Part shown: one piece after another, positions 11,441-24,975 of the stretch | How the letters are laid out: each line of letters starts with the position of its first letter | Position numbering within the stretch: position 1 is the stretch's first letter | Notes under the pieces: model-generated | What the model saw: the letters and a program-made list of their open reading frames with translations, nothing else | Databases searched by the model: none | Told to the model about the DNA's origin: nothing | Source: Mobula hypostoma | Lineage: Eukaryota | Direction of reading: 5' to 3' | Assembly (NCBI RefSeq): GCF_963921235.1 | Contig: NC_086108.1 | Location: 27,158,001-27,222,000, forward strand | Length of the DNA: 64,000 nucleotides | Program-made: the position numbers and the translations under genes

Positions 11441-12934
11441 TCTCAATCTATCCGTCCCCTCCTTACAAGTCAAGCCCTCCTGGTTAACATCCTGATGAAT
11501 CTTCTTTGCACCTTTCTCAGCTGAATAAAGTTAACATTCTTGTTTTACTCTACTCACGCTGCAGAGACAATATTCACATATTAAGAACTGAGTACTGGTG
11601 CAAATCCCACCTGAATAACTTGGTAATAACCAGAGACTAGTGCAAAAGTTTCCCCTTCGAACACTGTGCCCGAATGCTGCTCCTTTTTGCATGGTGGCTT
11701 CAGTAACAGCAAATGAGGAATTACAGTTATATTGCTGTTGACCTCAAAAATTGGTCCCAATGATCATTGCTTGGTACACCTTCCAGTATCTGGAAATGCT
11801 TCCTCGTCCTGTCTGGTAGAGCAGCAACCAAAGGTGTGATTATGAGTATTTTATTTGTATTGCTCATTATAATCTAGAATGAAGGATCAAAGTCAGTGAG
11901 AGAGACAGATTCAAGAATAGTTCTTGATGAAGGAAAATTCTTGATGGGAAAAACTGGCTTCCATTTCTGCTACATTACCCTTTGACTCATTATTATTTTA
12001 ATACAGAAAGTCAAGACAATTAACATAAAATCTCTGTTAAAGTATCAGACAAATTAATGGGAACAAAACTTAAACTTAAGCACATGCCTATTGGAAGATT
12101 CAGAATTTGAAGTGGAAGCAAACCCAACAGAAATGTGAAATATGCCTCACCTTTAGCTCGCAACTATTGGATAAAACTGTACTGCTTGCCTTCATGAGCA
12201 AAATCCCTCATCCGTTACATAGTGATTCAGCTTAGCCGCAGAAAGTAATCTGTACTTGAAATGCGTGAAACCAGCCTTGCATCTTGAGTAAGTCTCAGGT
12301 AGGATCTCTAAAAACAGAGAAATTAATGAATCTTACACAATACAGATTGGTAACTTCGACTTGGTGATATATTTTCCAATACTCAGCTTTGACTGATTCT
12401 ATTCTGATGATTTAAAGATTCAAAGTACATCTATTATCAAAGAATGTATAAATTATACAACCTTGAAATACATCTGCTTATAGGAGCCAGAAAGCAAGAA
12501 ACTTAAATAACCCAATTAAAAATAAAGACCAAGAACTGCTGCACAAAGAAAGAGGGAGAAAACACTAGAAAACAGTAGAAGAAAGCCAATACCATGCTCC
12601 TACTTGCCTTTCCCTTCACATTTTCCTTGAGCTCCTACTTAATTTTAAAAGCTTCCCACTTGCCAGATGTCCCTTTGCCCACAGACAACCTAGCCCAATT
12701 AAACTTGCAATTTCCTGTCTCATACAGTCAAAATTCACCTTGCCCAATTTAGAAGGAGAAATTCAGCAGGTCGGACAGCATCTGCGGAGGGAAAGAGGTG
12801 GTTAACATTTCAGGTGTGACCATCAAGATGATAAGATGTTATGCAACCTCAGAATCCACAAATACACGATAAAGCAGCAGTGAAAATAGGCTCCTCGTGA
12901 GGTTAACGTTCTCTCTAATAAAATGCATAATCAA

Positions 12935-13947
12935 AGTTTCAAAGCATATTTATTATAAAAGAATATATAAACTATAAAACCTTGAGACTTGTTTGCTTAC
13001 AGGCAGTCGCAAGGAACCCAAAAGAAACCAATAAAAAAAATAAGACCAACCACCTTCCCTCCCGAGTGCACACAGAGAAAGAGAGAAGAAACGACATAAC
13101 AAATCATATAAACAATAGAAGCAAGCAACAACAATAGAATTCGGAACCAAATTGAGTCCTTAGATCCAAATCCCTGGAGCAACTCGGAGTAGCCCCAAGA
13201 CCTCTGTATTCAGTTCATCATATTAGAGGGGCAAGTTCGCAGACACAAAGCACAGCAGCCGGGGACAGTCTCACAGCCTTAACGTCACGGAGGCAGAAGC
13301 CCCCAGACTATTCGGGCTGACATTTAAATTGTCTGAACCTTGCACTAAGACCTGAGCCCCACCTCCAGCGAATCACTTCTGGCCTAGATTTCACTGCTGA
13401 AGGAGACGTTCTTGACCTCTCCAAATTGGCTTGGCGCCCAGAGCGATCCAAACTCGTCTGACTCTCGACACCCTACCTGTCCAGTCTACGTGGACAGGCA
13501 TTTAGATTGTCCAAACTGCAGATTGTACCTGGCATTAGGACCTGGGCCTTGCCACTGCGAGTTGCTCCGGGCCTTGAGCGTGCCAACCATTGATTTGCTT
13601 TGGACCTGGATTTCACTGCCAAAGAAGCCATTCTTGAACTCTCCAATTCAGCTCAGCATTTAGTGCGATCCACCCTTGTACCCAGGTTAGCTGGACTATC
13701 CCGTCTTCTCCCCTCCGAGTCGTTCATTCCAACCAGCATGGTTCCAACTCCAAGTGCATTGATTTTACAGAGGACCAGCAGGGTGCATCCCATGAATTTA
13801 CTTTGCTTTCATGCACTTCTTCATTGCTTTCAGTTATAGGTTACCACAATTTACTTCAAAAAAGTGTTAGTAATAATGTTTTTCATCAAATTCCCTTGCT
13901 TTTGAACCACCAGTGAGCTGTGGCACATCTTCAGCAGAGCCATCTTA
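12935..13947 (-). mobile_element. Non-coding element with Rex1/Babar-like termini and an internal diverged duplication
   Basis: Minus-strand start AAGATGGC. The 3' tail is shared with 43560-43745 and 48660-48795, and a shorter tail copy lies at ~12415-12560. Confidence 0.55.
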
Positions 13948-14019
13948 AACAAAAAGATGAAAAGATGAATACATGTGTAACATATCAATCCACGGGTTAT
14001 TCATCACACTATTTTGACC

Positions 14020-14436
14020 TGAGAAGGGGCAAAGGGGGTTACTGGTGTCTTAAAACCAATCATATTGAGCAGATAGGGTTTGTCAGCATTTGGCAGCTCA
14101 TCTAGGGGAAGGAAAACTCTGATCTCAAACCTCTGCTGCTTTGCAGTTATACCCACTTGTGCAGAAGGCTTCAGGAGTAAACCCCAAGGATAAAATCTGG
14201 AGCTGGAGTCCTTAAGGCAGTCTTACATTGAGTTCAATGCTGACTGGCAACATCTGCAAGGCTGCTAGCATCAAATTATATTGGTCTCTGCAGTTCCTTT
14301 GGGTTCATCAGTTGCATGGTGAGAGGGAGCTTGCTACATAGGCAACAGCTTGCTCTCCATTTTGTACTGCCCAGGTTTGTGTATCGAGACAGCTAGGGCA
14401 CAATATCCATGGTCAACTCTGAGAGACGGAGGCCCT
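14020..14436 (+). mobile_element. 5'-truncated second copy of the RTE-related non-autonomous element
   Basis: Colinear with 2900-3320 (GGAAAACTCTGATCTCAAACC, AAGGCAGTC.TACATTGAGTTCAA, CCATGGTCAACT...GACGGAGGCC). Confidence 0.7.
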
Positions 14437-14829
14437 TAAGATCTCAATTTCTACCTGATGGCTGTACAATCTATCCATTTAATAACCAGTTTTAATTGAA
14501 ATCAAGACTGAGAATTTTATGCTGTATTTGTTAAATCAACAGATGTACAGATGTGAAATATTTAGGTTAATAAATGGTTGTTGAATGAGATAACAGATAT
14601 ATAGAGAAAGCCATAAAATGAAATTAGAGATTAGAACTGCTCTTTGTCTGTAGACTTAAGCTAATTTAGGGACTTCCAGTTGGTTTCACTTTTAGTCACT
14701 TTTTTTAACAAGAGGATCAAAAGCTGGCGAAGAGTAAAATTGGAAGTTTTAATGGAAGGAACAGGAAGAGGTGATTGAATGCTCTGTCATTTGCACTGCA
14801 TCCACAATAACTAAAGAGAAGAGAAGCGA

Positions 14830-16205
14830 TGTTTCTGAATCATGTAAAGGAAGAAAAGAAAACCCTGGGAACTATTGGCCAGTAACTACCTTATCTGCAG
14901 CAGTGAAGCCACTGGAGACGATTCTGAGGGATAAGACATATGTACATCTGAAAAGGCAGGGGCTATTTAGAGACAGTCAACGTGGCGCTGTGCATGGGAG
15001 ATTATGTCTTACAATCTTGATTGAGTTTTGGTGACCAAGAAGGTCGATAAGGGAAGGGGAGCAAAAGTGATTTATGTAATCCTTTGCTAAGGTTCCACGT
15101 GGTAGGCTACTCTCGAATGTTAGATAGTATGGGATCCAGGGAGACCCAGCTAACTGGATACGCAGTTGGTTTGATGGCAGAAAGCAGAGGGAGATGGTAG
15201 AAGATTGTTTCTCAGACTAGAGGGCTATGACTAGTGACGTGCCTCAGGGTTTGATGACATGTCCATTGTTGTTTGTCATCTAAATATATGATTTGGATAA
15301 GAATGTACAGGCATGGTTAGTAAGGTTACAGATGAGACTGAAAAAGGTACTATAGTGGACAATGAAGAAGGCTATCAAAAATAAAGGAGAGTCTTAATCA
15401 ACTAAATAAGATGGCTGAGGAATGCAAATGGGGTTTAATTTGCATAAGTGCAAGGTGTTGCATTTTGGAAAGTCAAATCCAGGTATGATTTCACAATGAA
15501 TGGCAGGACCCTGCAGAGTGCTGTAGTGCAGAGGGACCTTGCAGTACAAATATATGGTTCACTGAAAGTGGAATTGCAAGTAGATAGAGTGGTAAAGAAA
15601 GTTTTTGACACATTGGCCTTCATAAGTCAGAGCATTGAGTATAAATGTTGGGAGGTCATGTTGCAATTTTACAGGATGCTGGTGAGGTTATAGTTGGAGT
15701 ATTGTGTTCATATTTGGTCACCCTACTATAGGAAATATGTGACCAAACCAGAAAGAATTCAGAAACCATTTACGAGGGCATGCCAAAAGCTGATGATCTG
15801 AGTTAAAGGGAGAGGTTGGACAGCAAATCATTTTATTCCTTAGTGCATAGGAGACCGACAGGTGATGCTTCAGAATGTATAAAGACATGAGTGGCATAGG
15901 TAGGGAGAATGCATTTTTCCTAGAGTTGCAGTATCAAACACTAAGCGGCCTAGGGTGAGAGGGGCAATATTTCAAAGGTTCTTGAGGGGCAACTTTTGAG
16001 ATAAAGGTGGCATCTATGTGGAATCAGCCTCAAGAGGGAGTGGTTGAGACAGGTACAATAACAGTTAAACACATACATGGAAAGGGAGCACTTATGACCC
16101 AGATGCTGGCAAGTAGGACTAGCTTGGATGGGGCATCTTGGTCGGCATGGACGAGTTTGGCCAAAGGGCCTGATTTCGTTCTGTATGACTCTATGATTTA
16201 TGACT
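14830..16205 (+). mobile_element. Degraded CR1 LINE ORF2 (RT to 3' UTR)
   Basis: Peptides KENPGNYWPVT..LRDK..RDSQRG and LQVDRVVKKVFDTLAFISQSIEYK, with many stops and frameshifts. Tail TATGACTCTATGA. Confidence 0.85.
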
Positions 16206-17319
16206 AAGAGCAGGTTGGATTTTGTTCTTCACTCCAGGTTTCAGCATTTGCGGCCTCTCATGTCTTGGTCTCATGGTCAGTTTTTCTTTAATCAGACTCT
16301 CCAAAAAACTGACTGCCAATAATTCCTTCAGCCACAGTTACTCTCCCTTTAAGAGCCTTGTGCTTGTTAATGGGGTACAGCCAGCTAGTTTTAAGCCTTG
16401 CAAATTTTAAATGATATAGTCATTCCTTTTCCTTGTATTCAGCCAGGAACAGAGTGGATAGATCTGGCTGAATGTAGCAATCATCATAATAAACAGGAAA
16501 CACAGAACTGGCATGCTGTCTATATTATACCCAGCTGGAGCAAGTTAATCTTACATTATGATTTCCACACCCATTTTTGGGTGCACTCCAGTCTTTCCTT
16601 TATTGACATCAGCAGGCTGAGAACTGGAGGAAAGATATTGAGCTAAAAACAGTTTACTGCTGCATTTTATAAAGTCAGGTATTGTACCATTGATATGGCA
16701 AAAACTGATGGTCTGAGTTAAAGGACTGAAAGGGAAAGTTCATGTGTGATTGTAAGACAATGGAACTGCATGCATATCTGGACTAAGGTGAAGCTCAGGA
16801 TATGGTAAAGATATGCCAGAGGAATATTTTATCACAAAGATTGCCTTCAGATTGATTCAGAAGATATGACATTTATCTAAATTTAAATTGGGCCATTTAT
16901 ATGACTAACTGGGATATTGTGTCCAACTCCATATAGTTCAGGACGAATATTTAGCACAACCTTTAGTCAATACGTGCACATCATGTGGAAAATTAGAACT
17001 GATTTTGATTCCTTGCATTTCTGATGCTTTAATGAATAATCCTTGAATCTGACGGCGGTGAAACTTGGATTATTTAGCACTGTGATGCTGTATGAGTTCA
17101 ACCTGGAGACTGTGCTCGTATTGGACTTCCAGATAATTCATCGTGCCTTTAAAACATTGTAAAACACCATGAAGAAATAAAGTCGCATTTGAACTTGATA
17201 ACTTGAACTGACCTTTATGGATTTGTACTAGAAGGAAAACTGCCTTCTATTTTTTCAGACAGAAGCCATATTCAAAACCTATTTTGTTTCCTGTTCAGTA
17301 CACTTCTAAATTGGTACAT

Positions 17320-17775
17320 TTGGTTTATTTTTGCATATGCACTGAAGTCAATGAAAAAATTGTCTTGTATGCCTTTCATGTAAATCAATTAGATTACAAC
17401 AGTGCATTGAGATAGTACAAGATACGATTACAGAGAAAATGCAGTGCAGGTAGAAAATAAGGGTCAAGGTCATAATGGAGTAGATTGTGAGGTCAAGAGT
17501 CCATGTTTTCATGCTAAGGAGCTGTTTATTAGGCTTATAACAGCAGGACAGAAGCCGTCCTTGAGCCTGGTGATAGTTGCTTTTAACTTTCTGCATCTTC
17601 TGCCTGTTAAGAGGTGGGTAGAATAGAGAATGGCTGAGATAAGTAGGGTCTTTGATTCTACCGGCTGCTTTACTGAGGCAGTGAGAAGTGTAGACAGCAA
17701 CATAGAGGGGAGGCTGGTTTCCACGATGAGCTGAGCTGTGTCTACAACCCTTTGCATTTTCTTGCACTGTTAGGC
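17320..17775 (-). mobile_element. Rex1/Babar LINE 3' fragment
   Basis: Peptides QRVVDTAQLI..SLPS, IKDPTYLSHSLF and TRLKDGFCPAVISLIN. Confidence 0.75.
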
Positions 17776-19819
17776 AGATAACATATCATTTGGCTAATAT
17801 TTTTTCCCAAAGTGCCATTTCCTCAAGTTGCACAGTACCAGAATTCCTTCACTTTCTCAGCAAAGTCACTCCTATTTCAGCATTATAAAACCCTCAGCAG
17901 AACAATGTATAAGCAAACTGATAAATGTGGAAATAGAAAAGAATGAGGAAGGCACTGGAAAAAGAGCAAGAACTGAACATGTTATGTTATTACCCATGTC
18001 AGAAGGCCCAAACGATGGATATATATTTTTTTCAATGGTCTTGTGCCTAGAGAATATTCACAGAATAACATGTTTTGATATTCCACCTGTTTTTCATTTC
18101 CGTGATTTTTCAACTTGTTTAGCCCCAACACCCACTTTTTCTCAAACTGTCCATGATGTGATATGTCCTCCTTGTTCATTCTACTGTACAAAGCAAGGAT
18201 GATCACTTTTCCTCCTCCAGAGCTTCTCCTTCACTCTTCGCCTTTTGTGTGCTTTTACCCATCCTTTCATAGCCAATACATCTCAACAGTAGTTTCCCTT
18301 CCTTAATCTGCACCCTCATCTCCAGAGTGTCCAACATTATCCATCTATGACACTGTCCTTTTCTGCATATTGCCCATCAATTATTTTATCTACTGGGATG
18401 TGCTTGACTCCAAGATATGCTGGTGCCAATTGTGATCTAATATTATCCAACCTGAACCCATGATCATTTGCAGTGTGTCAGAGATGACCTGTCATAGCTT
18501 ATTAACATTGAGAATGCTAAGGCCATCATTCTTACCATCTGTTATAAGCTGCATTCCATTCCCACTTACATTAATTACCAGTGCTCAAATAACTCCAAGA
18601 TGTGCTTCAAATAGCACAAGCTCTTCTTCCCGACAATTCACCTTCCTTCACTTCCAGTGCTGTCCTTTAATCCCAGTGTTGGGCCTTTCCTCATTTGATA
18701 GCTATTACCTATGATTTCCATAATCTTTGGGCATGACTATTCCCAAATTTCCTTCACTAGTTATTCACCCTCTCCAACTCCAACTTCCCCAAAACACAAT
18801 GCCTGTTAGTCTTATCTGTTCATTATCTTTATTCTCAGTGTAACACAATACATAAAAGTAATTCTTTACCTTGTCTTCTTGTTTCATATTGCCTCTTGGC
18901 TTACTCCCTCTCTTGCTCTCTCTTCTTTTTACCTTTGACATCCCCAGTGACTCCTTCCTGTGAAACTCACTCCTCTAGCAGTCCGTGATCTTTTTTTTCC
19001 AGTTATTCTATGAAATGTTCTAGGCCATTTGTTTAATAATAAACTAGAAAAAAATCAACGAGTCAATTGCAATACTTTGTAGCCTGAATAAATATATATC
19101 TTACTTTTAAAATGTTTCATAGGAAACAGATTCCACAATGTCTTAACAAAGTGCAAAGATTCCAATTTTTTTATATATTTGGAGGTTCAATCATTATCTA
19201 GTCCACTACCAGAATACAATACTATTCCTGTTAGTTCCATCATTGATTGAAACAACATAATCTCATCACCCTGTAACAAACCTCCGCTCCAGGGAATGTG
19301 CCCCAACTAATTAGGGTGCAATAAATCTATCCTCACTGTTGATTTGCTACACAGTGCCACTGAATGAAGCACATTGTTCAAGCTTGCAGGAAAACAGGAG
19401 AGGTCCCAGAAGATCATACAGTAGCTGAACTAATTGTGTTTTTTTGGAACTGTGAACACCAGGGTCCGCAGTACATCATGCCTAATCCTGATGGAACTAA
19501 TACTATGGGCTGCACTTGACTGAACACAAATAGGGTTTTGCTGTATAGCACAAGAGACTCAATAACAATTGAAATGCATCTCACCCTCCAGTGACCAAAC
19601 GTTGATAGAAACAATGGTATGTTATTTCTTCTTTTTTAACTGGAAGTTTTCTGACCTTAGGAGTTGCTTGCAAAAGGCCTTTGCACTCCCTAATTCAAAT
19701 AAAACTCCCATACCAAATGCCCTTAAGTATCTCTAATATCAATGATGCAATACCAAACAACATATAATTAAAGTGTGGTTGAGTTGGGGCTGCTATCCTC
19801 CTCCATAAACTCAAATGTC

Positions 19820-20990
19820 TGCAACAAAATGCTGGGAACTCTCAGCATGTCAGGCAGCGGTGGTGGAAGGAGAGACAGTTAATGTTTCAGGTTGAAACCC
19901 CATTATCAGAGCAGGGACTAGGAGCAATATAATTCAGTATGAAACTGCAGAAAAGCCGGTAAAGGGGGATCAATAGGACAAAGGGAATATCTCTGCTATT
20001 CTGAGGCCAGGGTTGATAGGAGAATAATCTGAAGATATCACCTGGGTTAATTAGAGTAGATAAATGGTGAAAATATAGGTAAAGTAGTGAAAAGAGTTGC
20101 GTATAGCAGGGGTTTGAGGGCTGTAACAGTGAAACCTGCCCAGCAGGTTGGAATGTGATAAAATTACAGATGGATGACTTATGGCCACTTGTGACACAAA
20201 CACTGAAAGCAAGTTACCTGAAGTTGCAGAACTTGATCTTGAATCAGGAAGGCCAGACATAAGATAAGGCGTTACCCCTCAAGTCTCCTTGTAACAGCTT
20301 GGCGTGTCCCAGGTAGACAGGTCACTTGGAATGAGAGTTAAAGCGAAAGAGAACAGGTACTTCTGTGGACTGAAGTCAGATGCTCCACAAATCACTATCA
20401 GAATATCTAATTAATTTCTCCAACATAAAGAAAACTACATTAAGAACACAGAATGCACTACACTAGGTTGGCAGAGGTGCAAGGGAATTTCAGTTTAAGA
20501 TCTAGAAGCTGTTTTCTGCCTAGGTAGGAAGGGAAGAGATGGAAGAGATGAAAGAGCAGGGATTCTGTTTCCTGCAGTCCCACAGTTTTTTCCCTCTTTG
20601 TTAGCATGGCCTGACTTCCTAGGCACATCCTACTGATCCACTAGTTGCCTGACATTATACTTCTTTGTTTATGTTACCTCCCTCCACCTGAGCACATTGA
20701 TCTATTTGATCAGCTGACCTCCATAACTTGCCACCGTTTCAACGCTGTCATGATAGGAGGATGATTTTCCCTTCCCCCTCACTCCCACCATCAGCTCCAA
20801 CCCCTCCAAACCAGTACCTACAGTGCAACTTCAAATCTAAATTTATTTTTTGTCTTTCTGCAATTCTGATAAAAGGTCTTTGATCCTGTTTCTCTTTCCT
20901 AAGACACTGTGTGACCCGTTGAATGTTTCCAGCATCTTCTGCCTTTATTTCGCATTTCCAGCATCAGAATTTTTCTTTGACTTCTGTTTT
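19820..20990. mobile_element. Old Penelope-like remnant with inverted arms
   Basis: Left arm CAAAATGCTGGGAACTCTCAGCATGTCAGGCAGC. The right arm at ~20860-20985 is in the opposite orientation. Confidence 0.5.
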
Positions 20991-21165
20991 ACACCAGTGT
21001 CTGTTGTTGGTATACTGTAAATAATTGTTGATGGAAAGCAGTTTGTGGCTATTCGATGCAAATAGCATTAAGTTCCCTGATTTTTTGCCTTCTCTGTGCC
21101 ACACTGGAGCAACTGTTCTCTATCTCAGAAGCAGATTGAATAACAATGGTATATGTCATGAAATT

Positions 21166-21671
21166 CGCTGGTGAACGTAGCAGGCCAGGCAGCATCTCTA
21201 GGAAGAGGTACAGTCGACGTTTCGGGCCGAGACCCTTCGTCAGAACTAAATGAAAGAAGAGCTACTAAGAGATTTGAAAGTGGGAGGGGGAGGGGGAGAT
21301 CCAAAATGATAGGAGAAGACAGGAGGGGGAGGGATGGAGCCAAGAGCTGGACAGGTGATTGGCAAAAGGGATATGAGAGGATCATGGGACAGGAGGCCTA
21401 GGGAGAAAGAAAAAGGGGAAGGGGGAAAAACCCAGAGGATGGGCAAGGGGTATAGTGAGAGGGACAGACGGAGAAAAAAGAGAGAAAGAAAAAGAAAGTA
21501 TGTATATAAATAAATAACGGATGGAGTACGAGGGGGAGGTGGGGCATTAGCGGAAGTTAGAGAAGTCAATGTTCATGCCTCTTACTAGAGATGCTGCCTG
21601 GCCTGCTGCATTCACCAGCAACTTTGATGTGTGTGGACTGAATTTCCAGCATCTGCAGATTTCCTCATGTT
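21166..21671 (-). mobile_element. Young Penelope-like insertion (pseudo-LTR plus inverted terminal segment) inside a Rex1/Babar 3' UTR
   Basis: Exact 14-bp TSD TATGTCATGAAATT at 21152-21165 and 21672-21685. 21167-21201 is inverted relative to ~21585-21619. Confidence 0.85.
21211..21248 (-). ncRNA. Minimal type I hammerhead ribozyme motif
   Basis: Minus strand reads UAGUU-CUGACGA-AGGGUCUCGGCCC-GAAAC-GUC-GACUG: core boxes, stem II, a GUC cleavage triplet and stem I with two wobble pairs. Confidence 0.75.
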
Positions 21672-23010
21672 TATGTCATGAAATTTGTTGTTTAGTGGCA
21701 GCAGTATATTGCAATACATAATAATAAGAAGTAAATTATAATAAGTATATATCTCAAAATTAAATTCAATTAAATAAGAGTGAAAAAGGAGAGAAAGAAA
21801 AGAAAAAAATAGTGAAGTAGTGTACATGGGTTCATTGTCCATTCAGAAATCTGAAGGTGGAGGGGAAGAAGCTGATCCTGAATCATTGAGTGTATGTCTT
21901 CAGGCTCCTGTACCTCCTCCTTAATTGAAGCAATGAGAAGAGGGAATGTCTTGGGTGATGACGGTGCTTAATAATGGATGTTGCCTTTTTGAGGCATTGC
22001 CTTTTGTAGGTGTCCTAGATGCTGGGGAGACTAGTGCCCATGATGGAGCTGATTGAGTTTACAACTTTCTGCAGCTTTTTTTTTGATCCTATGCAGTGGC
22101 CCCACAATACCAGAGGGTGATGCAATCAACTAGAATGCTCTCTACGGTACATTTGCAGACATTTTTGATTGTCTTTGATGACATTCTAATTCTCCTCAGA
22201 CTTGAAATGAAATATAGCCAGTGCCGTGCCTTTTTTGTAATTGCATCAATATGTTGGGCCCAGGACAGATCCTCAGAGATGTTGATATCCAGGAACTTGA
22301 AACTGCTCACCCATTTTACTTTTGATCGCTTGATGAGGATTAGTATGTGTTCCCTTAACTTTCCCTTTCTGAAGTTTACAAATAATTCCTTGGTCTTACT
22401 TATGTTGAGTGCAGGACTGTTGCTGCAGCGCCACTCAACCAGCTGATCATTTCGCTCCTGTTTGCCTCCTCGACATCAACTGAAATTCTGCCAACAATAG
22501 TTGTGTCATCGGCAGTTTAATAGATGGTGTTTCTGCCGTTCCTAGCCACACAACCGTGCGTGTAGGGAGAGTAGAGCATTGGGCTAAGCACGCATCCTTG
22601 AGGTGTGCCAGTGTTGATTGCCAGCCAGTAGGAGATGTTATTTCTGATTCACGTTGACTGTGGTTTCCCGGTGGTCAAGGATCCAATTGCAGAGGAAGGT
22701 CCAGATGCTCAGGTTTGAGAGCTTGTTGATTGGAACTGAGGGTGTAATGGTGTTGAATGCTGAGCTGTAATCAATAAACAGCAGCCTGATGTAGGCATTG
22801 CTATTGTACAGGTGATCTAGGGCTGAGTGGACAGCCGGTGAGATTGAATGTGCTGGAGACCTTTTGTAGTGATAGGTTAATTGCAATGGATCCAGGTCCT
22901 TGCTGAGACAGGAACTGATTCTAGGCATGATTACCCTCTCAAAGCACTTCATCACAGTAGATGTGAGAGCAACTGGGCAATTGTTGTTGAGGCAGCTCAC
23001 CCTGCTCTTT
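21672..23010 (-). mobile_element. Rex1/Babar LINE, RT to 3' end; the tail continues at ~21125-21165
   Basis: Peptides SCLNNNCPVALTSTVMKCFER..LDPLQ..YIRLLFIDYSSAFNTI and SSFKFLDINISEDLSWAQH. Confidence 0.88.
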
Positions 23011-23489
23011 TGGAGTAATTCTCTGAGACCAGTCTTTGGATTCTAGGTATTCATTTGATGGTGTAGCCGCCTCTCATGAAGTCTATTCCAATTCTCATCC
23101 TTAATTTGAATGTATGCAATTTTCTCTCAATAGTCATTGATTAGTGAGTGATCAGGAATGGAACTATTGGCAACTCTTTTATCCTTTAAGAATTTACCAT
23201 TCATTAAGCTGACTGAAGTGCAACTAACTAACAGTGCAGATCAAGGACTATGTCTCAAATTTTCCTGGCCTGAATAGTTTATTTTCAAAGAATGCAACGA
23301 TGATTCTTCCTATAGCCATTTCAATTTTGATAAATAATGTGATCCATGCCATGCAGCACTGGAAATTCAGCAAACCAGCAGCTTTCTATTTAGGAACTCT
23401 TGTTAAAATGACAAAGCAGGGCTATCTAAGATAGGTTAAATATCGCATCATATAGCAACTACTTTAACTTTGAACTGATATTTTTCATA

Positions 23490-24975
23490 ACATTGAAATG
23501 TCATTTCAAATGTCATTAGAAACGGGGATGGTGCCGGAGGATTGGCGTATTGCTCATGTAGTTCCATTGTTTAAAAAGGGTTCTAAGAGTAAACCTAGCA
23601 ATTATCGGCCTGTGAGTTTGACGTCAGTGGTGGGTAAATTGACGGAAAGTATTCTGAGAGATGATATATATAATTATCTGGATAGACAGGGTCTGATTAG
23701 GAACAGTCAACATGGATTTGTGCGTGAAAGGTCATGTTTGACAAATCTTATTGAATTTTTTGATGAGGTTACTAGGAAAGATGACGAGGGTAAAGCGGTG
23801 GATGTTGTCTATATGGGCTTCAGTAAGGCCTTTGACAAGGTTCCACACGGAAGGTTAGTTAGGAAGGTTCAATCGTTAGGCATTAATATTGAAGTAGTAA
23901 AATGGATTCAGCAGTGGCTGGATGGGAGATGCCAGCGAGTAGTGGTGGATAACTGTGTGTCAGATTGGAGGACAGTGTGTTGCAGTGTGCCTCAGGGATC
24001 TGTACTGGGTCCAATGTTGTTTGTCATATATATTAATGATCTGGATGATGGGGTGTTAAATTGGATTAGTAAGTATGCAGATGATACTAAGATAGGTGGC
24101 GTTGTGGATAATGAAGTAGGTTTTCAAAGCTTGCAGAGAGATTTAGGCCAGTTAGAAGAGTGGGCTGAAAGATGGCTGATGGAGTTTAATGCTGAAAAAT
24201 GTGAGGTGCTACATTTTGGTAGGACTAATCAAAATAGGACATACATGGTAAACGGTAGGGCATTGAAGAATGCAGTAGAACAGAGGGATCTAAGAATAAT
24301 GGTGCATAGTTCCCTGAAGGTGGAATCACATGTGGATAGGGTAGTGAAGAAAGCTTTTGGTATGCTGGCCTTTATTAATCAGAGCATTGAGATTAGGAGT
24401 TGGGATGTAATGTTGAAATAGTATAAGGCATTGATAAGGCCAAATTTGGAGTATTGTGTACAGTTCTGGTCACCGAATTATAGGAAAGGTGTCAATAAAA
24501 TTGAGAGAGTACAGAGGAGGTTTACTAAAATGTTGCCTGGGTTTCATCTCCTAAGTTACAGAGAAAGGTTGAACAAGTTAGGTCTTTATTCTTTGGAGCG
24601 TAGAAGGTTGAGAGGGGACTTGATAGAGGTGTTTAAAATTATGAGGGGGATAGGCTTTTTCCATTGAGAGTAGGGGAGATTCAAACAAGAGGACATGAGT
24701 TGAGAGTTAAAGGGCAGGGGTTTAGAGGTAACATGAGGGGAAACCCTCTTCACTCAGAGAGTGGTGGCTGTGTGGAACGAGCTTCCAGCAGAAGTGGTTG
24801 AGACAGGTTCAATGTTGTCGTTTAAAGTTATGTTGGATAGATATATGGACAGGAAGGGAATGGAGGGTTATGGAGCGAGTGCAGGTTGGTGGGACTAGGT
24901 GAAAGTAGGAGTTCAGCACGAACTAGAAGGGCCGAGATGGCCTGTTTCCGTGCTGTAATTGTTATATGGTTATAT
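23490..24975 (+). mobile_element. Young 5'-truncated CR1 LINE (RT domain to 3' UTR)
   Basis: Long RT ORF, a CR1 C-terminus after a single stop, and the tail GTTATATGGTTATAT. Confidence 0.95.
23498..24667 (+). pseudogene. CR1 ORF2 reverse transcriptase, partial, with an in-frame stop at 24419-24421
   Basis: Motifs PSNYRPVSLTSVVGK, QHGF, FSKAFDKVPH, VPQGSVLGP, KYADD and RPNLEYCVQFWSP. Confidence 0.92.

Noticed and set aside
11552..11615. Minus-strand candidate exon (GICTSTQFLICEYCLCS) with a GTGAGT donor
   Set aside because: Weak acceptor, no recognisable homology and no supported partner exons.
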